Source: Nitrososphaerales archaeon (GTDB lineage Archaea > Thermoproteota > Nitrososphaeria > Nitrososphaerales > UBA213). Taken from it: 64,000 nucleotides of DNA. Position numbers and translations under genes: made by a program. Positions 34,211 through 45,859 of the stretch are shown piece by piece. The notes beneath the pieces are model-generated. The model did no database searches. It had not been told where the DNA came from and saw only the letters and a program-made list of their open reading frames with translations. Location of the stretch: contig CBDAOC010000018.1 in the NCBI GenBank assembly GCA_965197925.1, forward strand, positions 224,001 to 288,000, in the 5' to 3' direction. Position 1 is the first letter of the stretch. Each line of letters starts with the position of its first letter.

Positions 34211-35251
34211 GGGCTTATCCTAAAATTAACATCATAGCCTAATTGTTTATACCGAAACAGATCTAGATCTGTCTCTCTAGCTAAATTTGTGAGAAAATCA
34301 AAGAAAAAGAGCATGCCGACCATATGGCATATACCAAATGATCTATGGGTAGAGTTCAAACTAGTACTGCCGCCAGGGAAACCAGCAAGAACAGTTGGAA
34401 GGCCAGCTGTACCATTTAGAAAAGTGTTGAATGGAATACTGTACGTATTAAGAACTGGATGCCAGTGGAAGAAGGTATCTAAAGAATTTGGTTCTGGTTC
34501 AACTTGCCATGCAAGATTTCAGGAATGGATTGGGATAGGAGTATTCAAGAAGGTATGGAAGAGGCTGCTGGAAATATATGATGAATTGAAGGGTATAGGA
34601 TGGGACTAGCAATCCATGGATAGCGTACCGAAGGCCCCATTAGGGGGAAAACGACCGGAGCAAACCCAACGGATAGAGGCAAGCTAGGTACCAAACGTCA
34701 CATGCTGGTTGATAGAAGAAGAGTACCTCTCTCATCTGTAATTACTGGAACAAATAAACACGATATGAAATCAGCCTTTCCTACAATAGATAGCATTGTT
34801 GTTGATAGGCCCAAAGTTAAACAGAACATATGCATGAATAGGATATGATTTTCCAGAGATAGAGTATGGAGTTAGGAGAAGGGGATATGTGGATCACATT
34901 CGTCGTAAGGGTGAAGTATTGAAAAAGAATTTGTACAAAGCAAAGGTGGGTTGTAGAAAGAACCGCATCTTGGCATAACAGGTTCAGAAAGTTATTGGTA
35001 AGGTTCGAGAAGAGAGAGGAAAATTATCAGGCGCTAGTAGAATTTGCTAACTGCCTAATAGTGTACAGAGCGATATATTGGTAGTGTCATAAACACGTTA
35101 ATGCAACTGTCTCTAGTATCTACTATCTACAATACTAATAAAATCAATAGTAAGAAAACTAAACCTGGCAGTATGAACTAATATTCTTGCATTCTAAATG
35201 TTATCATTTCTACCAATCATTAACTATCAGCTAGAATTTTAGGATAGACTC
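34211..35251 (+). mobile_element. IS5-family (IS1031-like) element, lineage D copy 1, defective
   Basis: TIR gggcttatcctaaaatt / aattttaggatagactc; TSD tta; LRTGCQW motif; internal TAG and frameshifts. Confidence 0.9.
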
Positions 35252-35576
35252 TTAAACGACTTTGCCGTTCTTAAAATCGTTTGTGATGGATTTTTATGTA
35301 TTTCTTTGTAAGAATTCTCCAACTTCGAGCCTTCGCCGAGTGCAACAATTAAAATCCTGTAAATAATAACCCTTAACAAGTATACGGGAGTATTACACAA
35401 CATAAGATGAGTTTAGGTTCTTTACAAATCAAGATTTTCATAGATTACTTTTCATTACATATCGTCAACAACTGATTTTTATTAGAAGAATAAGCTGCAT
35501 CCAATACTATCTACACTCTTATCCTTATCTAGATTATTTGATTATTATTTTCTTCCTAAAATATTGTTATTTTTGG

Positions 35577-35716
35577 TGCCTTGTTGCATAACTATGAAAT
35601 CCTATTACTGAATAACGAAATTATTCTGTTATTGTGGTATGAAATTCTTAATTGCATTTCCATTATTTAACCATAAGACAAAAAATTACAGAATCTTTGA
35701 GTTATGCAACAAAGTG
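35577..35716. mobile_element. 140-bp MITE copy 1
   Basis: TIR tgccttgttgcataact / agttatgcaacaaagtg; TSD atttttgg. Confidence 0.88.
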
Positions 35717-35898
35717 ATTTTTGGTATTAAACAAACTGATCCAGTTCTTCTGACGAAGTTAGTTCAATTTAATATTAGGAATTATTATTCAGATGTAATT
35801 TCTTGACAAACCACCAGCACTGGGAAATAATTATCCTACTATAATACACTTTTAAAATAAGATGATTAATAAAGAGCAAGTCTCGAATTTCCAGACGC

Positions 35899-36702
35899 TT
35901 ATCCTGCTGAAAGATCCCAGTAGTTAGCATCTTTTACTACCTCTGTGGGAAGGCCCAGGGACTTCCATTCCCTCAATGACTTTGCGTACAGCTTTACGTT
36001 TTTGTAGCCAGCAAGGAGTAATCCATAATAGGCCAATCCTGAAAGCGTGCCTACGCTGCCACAATATGTGATTACTTCTTTGGTATCAGAAATTCCACGG
36101 TTATTTACAAGTCTCTTAAGCTCCTCAGGGGGTCTCAGGATGCTATCCTCTCCGGAGAAGGTCTTCCAAGGAATGTTAATTGCTTTAGGTATGTGATGAT
36201 CCAGATAGTTCAAGCGCTCCCTAGAGTCAAGCAACACTTTGCCGTCACTTTCTACCGAAGAATTAACATAATCTGCAGTAGCAAGAATATCATCATTTAT
36301 CTTTAGTGAATGCACTGCTTTCTTGTAAACTGTCTTATTTTGCTCTATATTTAGGCCCATCGATTTCCAAGAGCTGTAGGTAACTGCTAATAATGAAACA
36401 TTTTGGTGCCCTATATATTCAAGTGCCCAGGCAACCCTTGCTGCTATTGCACCGAAGGTATCATCGTAAACTACAACATGTATATTATCATCAATACCCA
36501 CATTTGCGAATATATCTACTATCTTTTCTAAATTCTCTGCATTTAGTAATTGTGCCAACGGTATGGATACAGCAGTAGGTATATGTCCAATGTCGTATTC
36601 TTCAACTTTTCTTACATCAACTATTCTTGTCTCCTTCTTTTCAATTGCCTCTATCAGATCATAAGGATCAATAAGAATAGGATATGTTGTTGATCTATGC
36701 AT
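35899..36702 (-). CDS. Tandem-domain rhodanese / sulfurtransferase
   Basis: DVR...Y..GHIP, VVVYD, YCGSVG active loop. Confidence 0.9.
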   Translation of the reverse strand: MHRSTTYPILIDPYDLIEAIEKKETRIVDVRKVEEYDIGHIPTAVSIPLAQLLNAENLEKIVDIFANVGIDDNIHVVVYDDTFGAIAARVAWALEYIGHQNVSLLAVTYSSWKSMGLNIEQNKTVYKKAVHSLKINDDILATADYVNSSVESDGKVLLDSRERLNYLDHHIPKAINIPWKTFSGEDSILRPPEELKRLVNNRGISDTKEVITYCGSVGTLSGLAYYGLLLAGYKNVKLYAKSLREWKSLGLPTEVVKDANYWDLSAG

Positions 36703-36720
36703 GGTTGATTGTCACTGATT

Positions 36721-38520
36721 TTAAGCTGCACATTCGCCTCTAGCTGTCTTCGCTGAAAACATACCATCATTACCATAGTCCATGTACGATACGGGGCTCT
36801 GCTCTACACTTGGGAGCTGTGCAACTTCATCGACAATAATCTTCAAATCTCCTACATTCTTCACAGTCATAGAGCCCTCACCTCTTAGAATCCTTGATAT
36901 CCATTCATTTAGGTTTCCACCTTCATTCCTTTCCTGTTTGTAAAGTTCCACAATTTTCAATACAACGTCTATAACCCTCTTTGCTGGAACCCTTGTGAAG
37001 ACTTTGCCAAGGGAAGCGTTTTCACCGGTACTACCTCCCAAGAGCATTATGTACGTGGGTGCCAGGGTATTATTCACTCTTGATGCACCACCATAGAAAC
37101 CCATAGTAGCCACTTCGTGCTGTCCACAGGAATTTGGACATCCACTTATCTTTATCGTTGAATCCCTCAATCCGTCATCCATATGAAGGTCAAGTTCTAT
37201 AAACTTGGCTTGTATTTCTTTTGAAAGTCTATGTGAATTTGTTATTGCTAAGTTGCAAGACGTTGTTCCAACACATCCTACGGTTGACGCCATAGTCAAT
37301 GCCCCTGAATTTGCAAGGCCTACTTGTACAAGCCCCTGATAGAGGTCGAGGAGATCTGATTGGAGAACCCATCTTAATACTATATCCTGTGATGGTGTTG
37401 TACGGACACATCTATCTGCAGTGAATTCTCTACATATATCTGCTAGTGCCTTAAGCTGACTAACGGAAATATCTCCAGATTGTAACGTTATAAATGCCAC
37501 TACATACCCTTGCTGCTTCTGTTGCACTACATTTGTGTGTAACCACTTTTGATAGCCTAATGGATTAGCAGTGGATTCATGTGAGACGATTGACGATGCA
37601 ACCATTGGTACTTGCTTTTCCTCGATCTCAAGCTTAGTAGCTGTGGACTTTGTAGCATTTACAATTATGCGCTCCTTTAAAACAAGCTCCTGAAACTTTT
37701 CAAAACCCATATCATGTACCATATACCTCATTCGATTTCTGTGCATTTTTTCTCTATTACCAAGTCTATCAAACAGCCTTATAGTTGCTATACATGTGGG
37801 CAAGACATTTTCCATAGGGGTAAATTCCTCAAGAAGCTCAGCGATGAATGAAGCTGGACCCAATCCACCTCCTAGATAAATCCTGAAGCCTTTGATCTCC
37901 TCTTCATTGATTTTTTTCACCATTGGAACAAGCCCTATATCGGCTATCCTGACAAGACTGTGTTTTTCACAACACGCAAAGTTGAACTTGAATTTTCTTG
38001 GCAGGTTCTGATTCAATGGATTTCTCAGAAAGAACTTTGCGACTGCGTTTGCATAGGGAGTTGCATCAAAGGCCTCGTTTATACAGACGCCTGCAAAGTG
38101 ACTGCATATAACATTTCTTATAGTATTACCGCAAGCTTCCCTAGTTGTAATACCAACTTGAACCAGACCTCTCATAACTTCTGAAACATCATCCAGGTGA
38201 ACCCAATGCAGTTGAATGTTTTGTCTAGTTGATACATGAGCGCTTCCAATGGAAAATGCATCACTTAAAAAAGCTATTTTTTCTAATTGTTCTGGATCAA
38301 TTATACCAGAAGGTATCTTAATACGTACCATGCTGAAATCTGACTGCATCCTAGAACCGTAAGCTCCGTTTTGAAGCCTGAACCTTCGAAATTCGTCTTC
38401 ACTAATTTTTTTCTGCCTGTAAAGCTTTTCAAGTTCTGCGAAGGTATCGACCTCTTCTGGTCTACCCCAATTATCCCTAACCTTCTTTATCAATTGTCTA
38501 TTCCGTCCCTTGCTCATCAT
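36721..38520 (-). CDS. Siroheme nitrite/sulfite reductase (ferredoxin-dependent type)
   Basis: TRQNIQLH, LPRKFK, CVGTTSC and SGCPNSCGQH cluster ligands. Confidence 0.93.
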   Translation of the reverse strand: MMSKGRNRQLIKKVRDNWGRPEEVDTFAELEKLYRQKKISEDEFRRFRLQNGAYGSRMQSDFSMVRIKIPSGIIDPEQLEKIAFLSDAFSIGSAHVSTRQNIQLHWVHLDDVSEVMRGLVQVGITTREACGNTIRNVICSHFAGVCINEAFDATPYANAVAKFFLRNPLNQNLPRKFKFNFACCEKHSLVRIADIGLVPMVKKINEEEIKGFRIYLGGGLGPASFIAELLEEFTPMENVLPTCIATIRLFDRLGNREKMHRNRMRYMVHDMGFEKFQELVLKERIIVNATKSTATKLEIEEKQVPMVASSIVSHESTANPLGYQKWLHTNVVQQKQQGYVVAFITLQSGDISVSQLKALADICREFTADRCVRTTPSQDIVLRWVLQSDLLDLYQGLVQVGLANSGALTMASTVGCVGTTSCNLAITNSHRLSKEIQAKFIELDLHMDDGLRDSTIKISGCPNSCGQHEVATMGFYGGASRVNNTLAPTYIMLLGGSTGENASLGKVFTRVPAKRVIDVVLKIVELYKQERNEGGNLNEWISRILRGEGSMTVKNVGDLKIIVDEVAQLPSVEQSPVSYMDYGNDGMFSAKTARGECAA

Positions 38521-38698
38521 AAAGCTATATTCCTCATAGTGAGTATATGACCATTATAAGATATAATTCATTCCATTAATGATAATTTGCATCGAAAATA
38601 AAAATTGAGTTTATAAAGGTTTAGCATGGTGGACCACAATTAGACTACGGTCTGTCAGATGAGATGTAGTAAGATTCTTTCGAAACACAGTAGATTTA

Positions 38699-39736
38699 GA
38701 GCTTATCCGAAAATTAACATCATAGCCTAATTGTTTATACCGAAACAGATCTAGATCTGTCTCTCTAGCTAAATTTGTGAGAAAATCAAAGAAAAAGAGC
38801 ATGCCGACCATATGGCATATACCAGACAATCTATGGGAAGAGTTCAAACTAGTGTTGCCACCAGAGAAACCAGCAAGAACAGTTGGAAGGCCAGCTGTAC
38901 CATTTAGAAAAGTGTTGAATGGAATACTGTACGTATTAAGAACTGGATGCCAGTGGAAGAAGGTATCTAAAGAATTTGGTTCTGGTTCAACTTGCCATGC
39001 AAGATTTCAGGAATGGATTGGGATAGGAGTATTCAAGAAGGTATGGAAGAGGCTGCTGGAAATATATGATGAATTGAAGGGTATAGGATGGGACTGGCAA
39101 TCCATGGATAGCGTACCGAAGGCCCCATTAGGGGGAAAACGACCGGAGCAAACCCAACGGATAGAGGCAAGCTAGGTACCAAACGTCACATGCTGGTTGA
39201 TAGAAGAGGTATTCCTCTCTCATCTGTAATTACTGGAACAAATAAACACGATATGAAATCAGCCTTTCCTACAATAGATAGCATTGTTGTTGATAGGCCC
39301 AAAGTTAAACAGAACATATGCATGAATAGGATATGATTTCCCTGAGATAGAGTATGGAGTTAGGAAGGGGATATGTGGATCACATTCGTCGTAAGGGTGA
39401 AGTGTTGAAAAAGAATTTGTACAAAGCAAAGAGATGGGTTGTAGAAAGAACCGCATCTTGGCATAACAGGTTCAGAAAGTTATTGGTAAGGTTCGAGAAG
39501 AAGGAAAATTATCAGGCGCTAGTAGAATTTGCTAACTGCCTAATAGTGTATAGAGCGATATATTGGTAGTGTCATAAACACGTTAATGCAACTGTTTCTA
39601 GTATCTACTATCTACAATACTAATAAAATCAATAGTAAGAAAACTAAACCTGACAGTATGAACTAATATTCTTGCATTCTAAATGTTATCATTTCTACCA
39701 ATCGTTAACTATCAGCTAGAATTTTAGGATAGGCTC
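38699..39736 (+). mobile_element. IS5-family (IS1031-like) element, lineage D copy 2, defective
   Basis: Near-identical to 34211-35251; TSD tta; ORF1 38777-39175. Confidence 0.9.
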
Positions 39737-40322
39737 TTAGTTGAAACCCTAAATTCCAGTTGATATCGCTCACTTTATACTCTCCAAATATTGATATAAG
39801 ATTCTCCCAACCAAGTATCAACAATTAGCAAATTCTCTAATTTTGTAGACAAATCTTCAGGGCTATCAAAAATTACATTAGTATAGTGGTTAGTACCTCC
39901 AGTTTGGTTTAACATATTCTACCTTGAAGAGCATACTTCCACAGTTTGGGGAAGGGTTTATCTCTTGTAACCTGGTCATATAAAGATCCATAATTAATAA
40001 ACTTACAATGGGCAATTGCTCAGCTTCTAATATTTATCTACTCTTTGATTTATCTATACATACTAAATTTTTCCTTTCTTGTTACCACTATTGACATCGT
40101 TCTGGATAAAAATTATCAGAGTGGAAAAGGTTTTACATTTAATGGAAGTATACACAAAATGGCAGCATGAATAACCAATATAAAAATGGTCAACAAAATA
40201 GAACGGATCCAAGTAGGTCATCAATCTTCACTATTTCTGTTCTGTTACTTAATTCATAAAAATCAAGGTGCCTTTATAGGTTTATTCCACAAGGGTGATT
40301 GTTCGATACTCAAAAACTAGAT

Positions 40323-42008
40323 TCATCCTACAAAATTGTCATCTATCAAGATTCCGTTTCTAGAATAATCTACATCAATAGAAATAATGATAGGTGTTTC
40401 CTTTGATTGCTTCGCTTTTTCCATGATTCCTGGAAAATCTTTAGTGGAACTAACCGAGTATCCTTTAGCACCAAAACTCTTGGCTAACATTACAAAGTCA
40501 GGATTATTAAAAGAGGTAAATGCAGTTCTTCCAAATTCATCCATTTGCTTCAAAGAAATCAAACCAAATTCCCTATCACACCAAATGATAATTATTATTG
40601 GTAGTTTAAGGCGAACGGCGGTCTCAACTTCTTGAAGGTTCATAAGAAAAGCACCATCACCACACATTGCCACAATAGTCCTATCCTGATAAACCAATTG
40701 AGCCACAATTGCACCAGGTAAAGAGAATCCCATAGAACAAAATCCGTTTGGTATTAAACATGTGTTGGGGTAGTATGTATTGTATAATTTTGCTATCCAT
40801 AATTTGTGAGCCCCAACATCTGAAATCACAATATCTTTTTTATCCAGTGCACTTCTGACATCAAATAATAGCTTTTCAGGTTTAATCGGATAATCAAGAC
40901 TATTTTTGTATTTCTGAGTTCTCTCAAGCACCTCTTTCTTAATATTCTTAAAGGTTTCTGGAATGTCATGACATGGAAAGTATTTTAGACTAGGATTCTG
41001 GCTTTTTTCTTTTTCCAATTCACTTATGATCGAATCAATTGTTAATGCAATATCGGCAACAATCTCAACCGCTGGAGGATAGTAGGTGTCTACCTCTGCC
41101 GGAGTGAAATCAATATGAATAATCTTCTTATCTAAATCACCATTCCAATATTGAGGACTGTATTCAACCAAATCATATCCTATGGCAATAACTAGGTCTG
41201 CTTTTTTCATTGCTATTAAGGCATGATCAGCTGTTCTGATACCAATGGTTTGGAGGTGTCTTTCTGACTCATCCGAGATAACACCCTTTCCCATGAAAGT
41301 GTTCATCGAGCATATCCCCGTCCGTTCTAAGTACTTTCTTACGTGGGAGCTAGCATTTTCTCTTATACAGCCATTTCCTATAAGAACTAGGGGTCTCTCC
41401 GCGTCTAGAATTAACTTCACTGCTTTATCAATCAAAGACTTGTTAGGTTGGGAACGTAAGACTTCCTGCCTTCTAATAGGTTTGATGTAAGATTCTTCCT
41501 TCGCCACGTCCTGGGGTAATTCTATATGAGTAGCACCAGCCTTTTCCTCCATAGCTATCTTGAATGCTCTCCTAACAATTTCAGGAATGATATCAGCATT
41601 ACGAATGGACCAATTCCATTTTGTGATCGGTTTAAACATAGTTATTACATCCATGTTTTGATGTGACTCCTTATGGAGAAGATGCGAGTCGGTCTGCCCA
41701 GTGATTGCCAAGACTCTCGATCTATCCATGTTTGCATTTGCTATACCAGTTGTCAAATTAGTAGCTCCTGGACCTAAAGTAGAGAGACAAACTCCCACTT
41801 TTCCAGTTAGTCTACCATAGACATCAGCCATGAAAGCAGCAGATTGTTCATGTCTAGTTAGAATAAATTTAATTTTTGAATTTAACAGAGAAATCATAAA
41901 ATCTGAATTCTCTTCTCCTGGTAGTCCAAAAATATAATCAACTCCTTCCTCCTCTAGACATTTAACGAACAACTCAGCGGCTTTCATTTTTTCCGTCAAA
42001 TTTTTCAC
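40323..42008 (-). CDS. Acetolactate synthase large subunit / TPP-dependent enzyme
   Basis: FGLPGEEN, RHEQ, LGPGATN, GDGAF TPP motif. Confidence 0.92.
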   Translation of the reverse strand: MKNLTEKMKAAELFVKCLEEEGVDYIFGLPGEENSDFMISLLNSKIKFILTRHEQSAAFMADVYGRLTGKVGVCLSTLGPGATNLTTGIANANMDRSRVLAITGQTDSHLLHKESHQNMDVITMFKPITKWNWSIRNADIIPEIVRRAFKIAMEEKAGATHIELPQDVAKEESYIKPIRRQEVLRSQPNKSLIDKAVKLILDAERPLVLIGNGCIRENASSHVRKYLERTGICSMNTFMGKGVISDESERHLQTIGIRTADHALIAMKKADLVIAIGYDLVEYSPQYWNGDLDKKIIHIDFTPAEVDTYYPPAVEIVADIALTIDSIISELEKEKSQNPSLKYFPCHDIPETFKNIKKEVLERTQKYKNSLDYPIKPEKLLFDVRSALDKKDIVISDVGAHKLWIAKLYNTYYPNTCLIPNGFCSMGFSLPGAIVAQLVYQDRTIVAMCGDGAFLMNLQEVETAVRLKLPIIIIIWCDREFGLISLKQMDEFGRTAFTSFNNPDFVMLAKSFGAKGYSVSSTKDFPGIMEKAKQSKETPIIISIDVDYSRNGILIDDNFVG

Positions 42009-42610
42009 CTATTTTTATATGTATTTGGATGAATATATCTTGATTGTCCGCCATCCCTAAAGAGAAAATCATATGGAGTATTAATCTTTATTTTCAAATA
42101 TTAGTAGAAAATTTAACTGCTTTTCAAATCACGTATGACTCGCCGATTCTAGAATCTTTTTGACTCTTTAATATACCTTCATTATGATATATTTTTGTAA
42201 TACACTTGACCTCGTAACTCTTCTTCAAAAGCTTCCTAGGACCTTCGGAAACATCCACATTTATTCGTGTACCCCTTGTAGTCTGTTATTACGAAAGCTG
42301 ACCCAACCAGAGTATTTTCAATAATAACAATTACGAAGGCTGACCCCAAGACTCGAGAGTCTAAAATATTCAACTTTATCTGGAAACCAGTGTATCTACA
42401 TTCCTTTCCAACCCTAAGAAGATTATCGAATTTTATTAATGAGTAGTTTGAGAGTGATAAAATATTATAGTTAAGATCAAATCTAACTACCTGTCGGGTC
42501 TGCGAAGAATATCTTGGAATCGCTTGTCAATACAGCGATACTAAGCCCTCTTGATAAGTCCGTTCTCTACCGAATTGCTCCATAGACGTAGATTGACAAC
42601 TCAGCACAAG

Positions 42611-42934
42611 TTATATCTCGTAGACATCTGATGATTTTGTAGCTGTTGTGGTCTCTCTTGGGTTAACTTCTTCTATTTTTTTCATAAGCTCTTCCATCTT
42701 AACATCACTTACTAGTCTCTTTATCTCATCAAGCTCAACACTAGATTTTATAACAACCCCCCTCTTCTTTGTGGGGGCACCTGATGAATCGACAGGATTC
42801 ACTTCAACACACACAGAAGACTTTCTTCCCTTATATGATGGCAATCTTAGAAGGAATACTCCTTTCATCGATGTCTGTTTCCTTTCCCAATCTTTACCAC
42901 TGCTGAGAAATTCCAAGAGCTTTTCATCTGGCAC
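42611..42934 (-). CDS. Hypothetical protein
   Basis: 107-aa ORF, VEVNPVD...PTKKRGV. Confidence 0.7.
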   Translation of the reverse strand: MPDEKLLEFLSSGKDWERKQTSMKGVFLLRLPSYKGRKSSVCVEVNPVDSSGAPTKKRGVVIKSSVELDEIKRLVSDVKMEELMKKIEEVNPRETTTATKSSDVYEI

Positions 42935-43205
42935 GACTTAAATTTGCCCTACTTGAATAAAAATATACGCTTATTTATTGAGGAATTATTGCTATTTTTT
43001 GAACGTCCCTTGCTGGAGTACTTTTGAATTGTTAATTTAAGAAAGATATTATTCTCTTTTGGACTATTTTAAGACTACACAAATATGTTTTTGTAAGATA
43101 AATACATCGAAGACCTACTCATAAGAGGGTCACATGTACAAAGTATAATCGAGACCTCCATAAAATAACTCTTGAATAAATAAGGTTTTTTCAAATAATT
43201 ACACA

Positions 43206-44082
43206 CAACTTGTCCCAAAACTGATCATTTAGTGAATTAATGACGATCATTAGATCTATTTGCAATTAGTCATTGAACCATCTCATGCAATTTCAAGAAT
43301 TAACAGACAAGCAATGGAGGATGATGCAAAAATACATTCCAAAACCTGCAAGAACAGGCAGACCAAGGAGTAATGACCGTGTCACGATAAATGGAATCAT
43401 GTTTGTTCTAGTTACTGGATGCAGGTGGCGTGAGATGCCAGAAAAGTATGGCTCAAAATCAACTGCACATCGCAGGTTACAGAACTGGCAGCAAAGGAAA
43501 GTATGGAAAAAGATTCTGTCAGGTGCAATAAAATCTGCATACAAATCTGGCAATCTACAACTGCAGAGGATATCAGTTGATTCCTCAACTGTTCCTGCCA
43601 AAAAAGAGGCAATGTGATTGGACATGATGGATTCAAGAGGATTACAGGCACAAAGATACATGTTGCAGTTGATTGTAATTCCCTGCCAGTATCAATAATT
43701 ATTGGTTCTGCAAATGAACATGACTCTACTAGATTAATTGATGTGATGGAAAACATTTCTGACTATCTAGATGATGATTCAATAAAACAAATTACATCAG
43801 TTTATGCAGACAAGGGTTATGATTCTAAGGCAATTAGAGAATATTTGAAAAGCAGAAATATTCTAGATTGTATTTCACACAGAAATTTCAAGACAAAGAA
43901 CAACAAGACAACAAACCAAAACGATTACAGCAAGACACGTTACGTTGTTGAGAGATTCTTTGCGTGGCTCAAGTGTGGATTCCATAGAATGGCAATCAGG
44001 TATGAAAGAAGAGCGGAGAATTATTTTGGGTTGGTTAACATCGCATCAATCATGATGTATTGGAGAGTTTTGGGATAAATTA
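43206..44082 (+). mobile_element. IS5-family two-ORF element (lineage C), apparently intact
   Basis: ORFs 43273-43617 and 43614-44078 with A7G slippery site; TIR caacttgtcccaaaact; TSD aca. Confidence 0.92.
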
Positions 44083-44225
44083 ACAATATTTTTTATTCCT
44101 GAGCGGTTAGCCAATTGATAATCCTGTATTAATAAGTGTGAGGGAGGATTTTAATAGTTGGATAAACTGCATTCTCAAAATAAGTAATAGTATATGTAGC
44201 TTTATCACTCCATTACAACAGAATT

Positions 44226-44927
44226 ATGATACCATATATTGTAAAGGAAATGCTACGCCACTTAGTTTTAAGATTAGTCTTGAGTGCTACCTTCATTGCT
44301 CTAGGGAAGAAAGGATCCCTTCTTCATTATAACGTAGAGTTGATCAAGCAACAGGAGCGTGAAATTCTTGTTAGTGCTGCACTAATTGGTGTTGCTTTTG
44401 GGGCGGTGACAATTTTCCTTGTAGTCATGACAAAAGGCCAGGATAGCATATTGGTAGTGATAGCAGGTATAATGCTTTCAATAGGGTTGAGCCAGCAAGT
44501 AATGTCTTTAGGTTTAGACGTGGTCACTCTAAGTTTGAGTGGATATTTATCTTCATGGACCTCGGTTCTTAATTGTATGGCACGGCAGAAGTCAAAACCT
44601 GAATGGCATTTTATAGAAAATGAAACGAATCAGATTTTTATTAATCCACACGTAATGTATATTTTGCCTTCTGAACTCGATGAGCCGAAGGCACCAATAG
44701 AAAATATAATTAAGTATATAGATGAGCACAGGTGGGAGCTTGAATTCCCTCTTGTTAAGGTATATGGTGATGACCCCAGTCTGCTTTCCTTTGCTCAATA
44801 TGCTACTGAATACATAAGAAGTCGGTTACTAATATCGGATCGACTAGTGAATATCCAGCAGAGAAGCGGTGCTATTAATCCAATTGTGTTTATCGCACTC
44901 GGGACACTGATGTGGTTACTTTCTTAA
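44226..44927 (+). CDS. Hypothetical membrane protein
   Basis: Several hydrophobic segments. Confidence 0.5.
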   Translation: MIPYIVKEMLRHLVLRLVLSATFIALGKKGSLLHYNVELIKQQEREILVSAALIGVAFGAVTIFLVVMTKGQDSILVVIAGIMLSIGLSQQVMSLGLDVVTLSLSGYLSSWTSVLNCMARQKSKPEWHFIENETNQIFINPHVMYILPSELDEPKAPIENIIKYIDEHRWELEFPLVKVYGDDPSLLSFAQYATEYIRSRLLISDRLVNIQQRSGAINPIVFIALGTLMWLLS

Positions 44928-44936
44928 TCAAATAGC

Positions 44937-45076
44937 TGCCTTGTTGCATAACTATGAAATCCATTATTGAATAACGAAATTATTCTGTTAGTGTGGTGCC
45001 AAATTCTGAATTACAAATTCAATTGTTTAATCATAAGACAAAAAATTGCAGAATTTTTGAGTTGTGCAACAAAGCA
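44937..45076. mobile_element. 140-bp MITE copy 2
   Basis: TIR tgccttgttgcataact / agttgtgcaacaaagca; TSD caaatagc. Confidence 0.9.
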
Positions 45077-45709
45077 CAAATAGCTAATAATGAGACCCAT
45101 ACATTACCAGCTCTTCAGATCATTCTCCAAGAGAAGAGGCGAGTGCCTAATTCATTGCTATGCAAAATCAAGAACTCTCGTAAATAATAATTGAAAAGAA
45201 AATAGAAAGTATCGCTTACATTAGCGGGAAGGAGCATTATTAATTTAGCAAAGTAAGATGAGGTAAATCCTAACCCCAAATTTTATAAAATGCTCATATT
45301 CGGGTCATTTGACTCAATGATTCCATGGTAAATTTATCAAACCCCTACACAACATTTGACATTTCCAACAACAGATTCCTATTTGGATTCCCAGTGCCAC
45401 ACCAAAGGTTAATTGTATCTGAACATTAAATGTTCAACATTTCTTTTGACCTAATCGTTGTTTAAATAATAGTTAACAAAGTGAAGCAAAATTGGTTAGC
45501 GAATACTTTTGAACTGTCGGTGCAAGAATTGCGGGAATAAGAATTATCGAAACGAATTGAAATATTATTAGACGGCTCAAAATATCGCAACTTTTCTCAA
45601 GGAGAATGCGAAGCAAACTAACTATGAATCATCAACAAATTATTAACATTATCGGTAATGATACTAATAATCATGTAAAAATTTTCTATCCCATATTAAA
45701 GATACAAGA

Positions 45710-45859
45710 TGGTGGGGCCGGCCGGAATTGAACCGGCGACCTACGGGTCACTGCAGCTCCAGAACATACATCATCCTTTCGTCAGATGACCCATTTATGT
45801 CTAGCTTCTGGAGCCCTTAGCGGTACTACTGTCGCCCTGCCATGCTAGGCTACGACCCC
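45710..45859 (-). tRNA. tRNA-Trp(CCA) with two introns: 14 nt at 28/29 (45817-45830) and 59 nt at 37/38 (45749-45807)
   Basis: Removing both gives a 77-nt cloverleaf with ACGGG/CCCGT stem, CTCCAGA loop and encoded CCA. Confidence 0.92.
45749..45807 (-). ncRNA. tRNA-Trp intron-encoded box C/D-like guide RNA
   Basis: D' CTGA, C' ATGATG, antisense elements ATGGGTCA and TTCTGGAGC against the host pre-tRNA. Confidence 0.7.

Noticed and set aside
33068..45859. Integrated element at tRNA-Pro or tRNA-Trp
   Set aside because: No duplicated tRNA 3' end and no integrase seen
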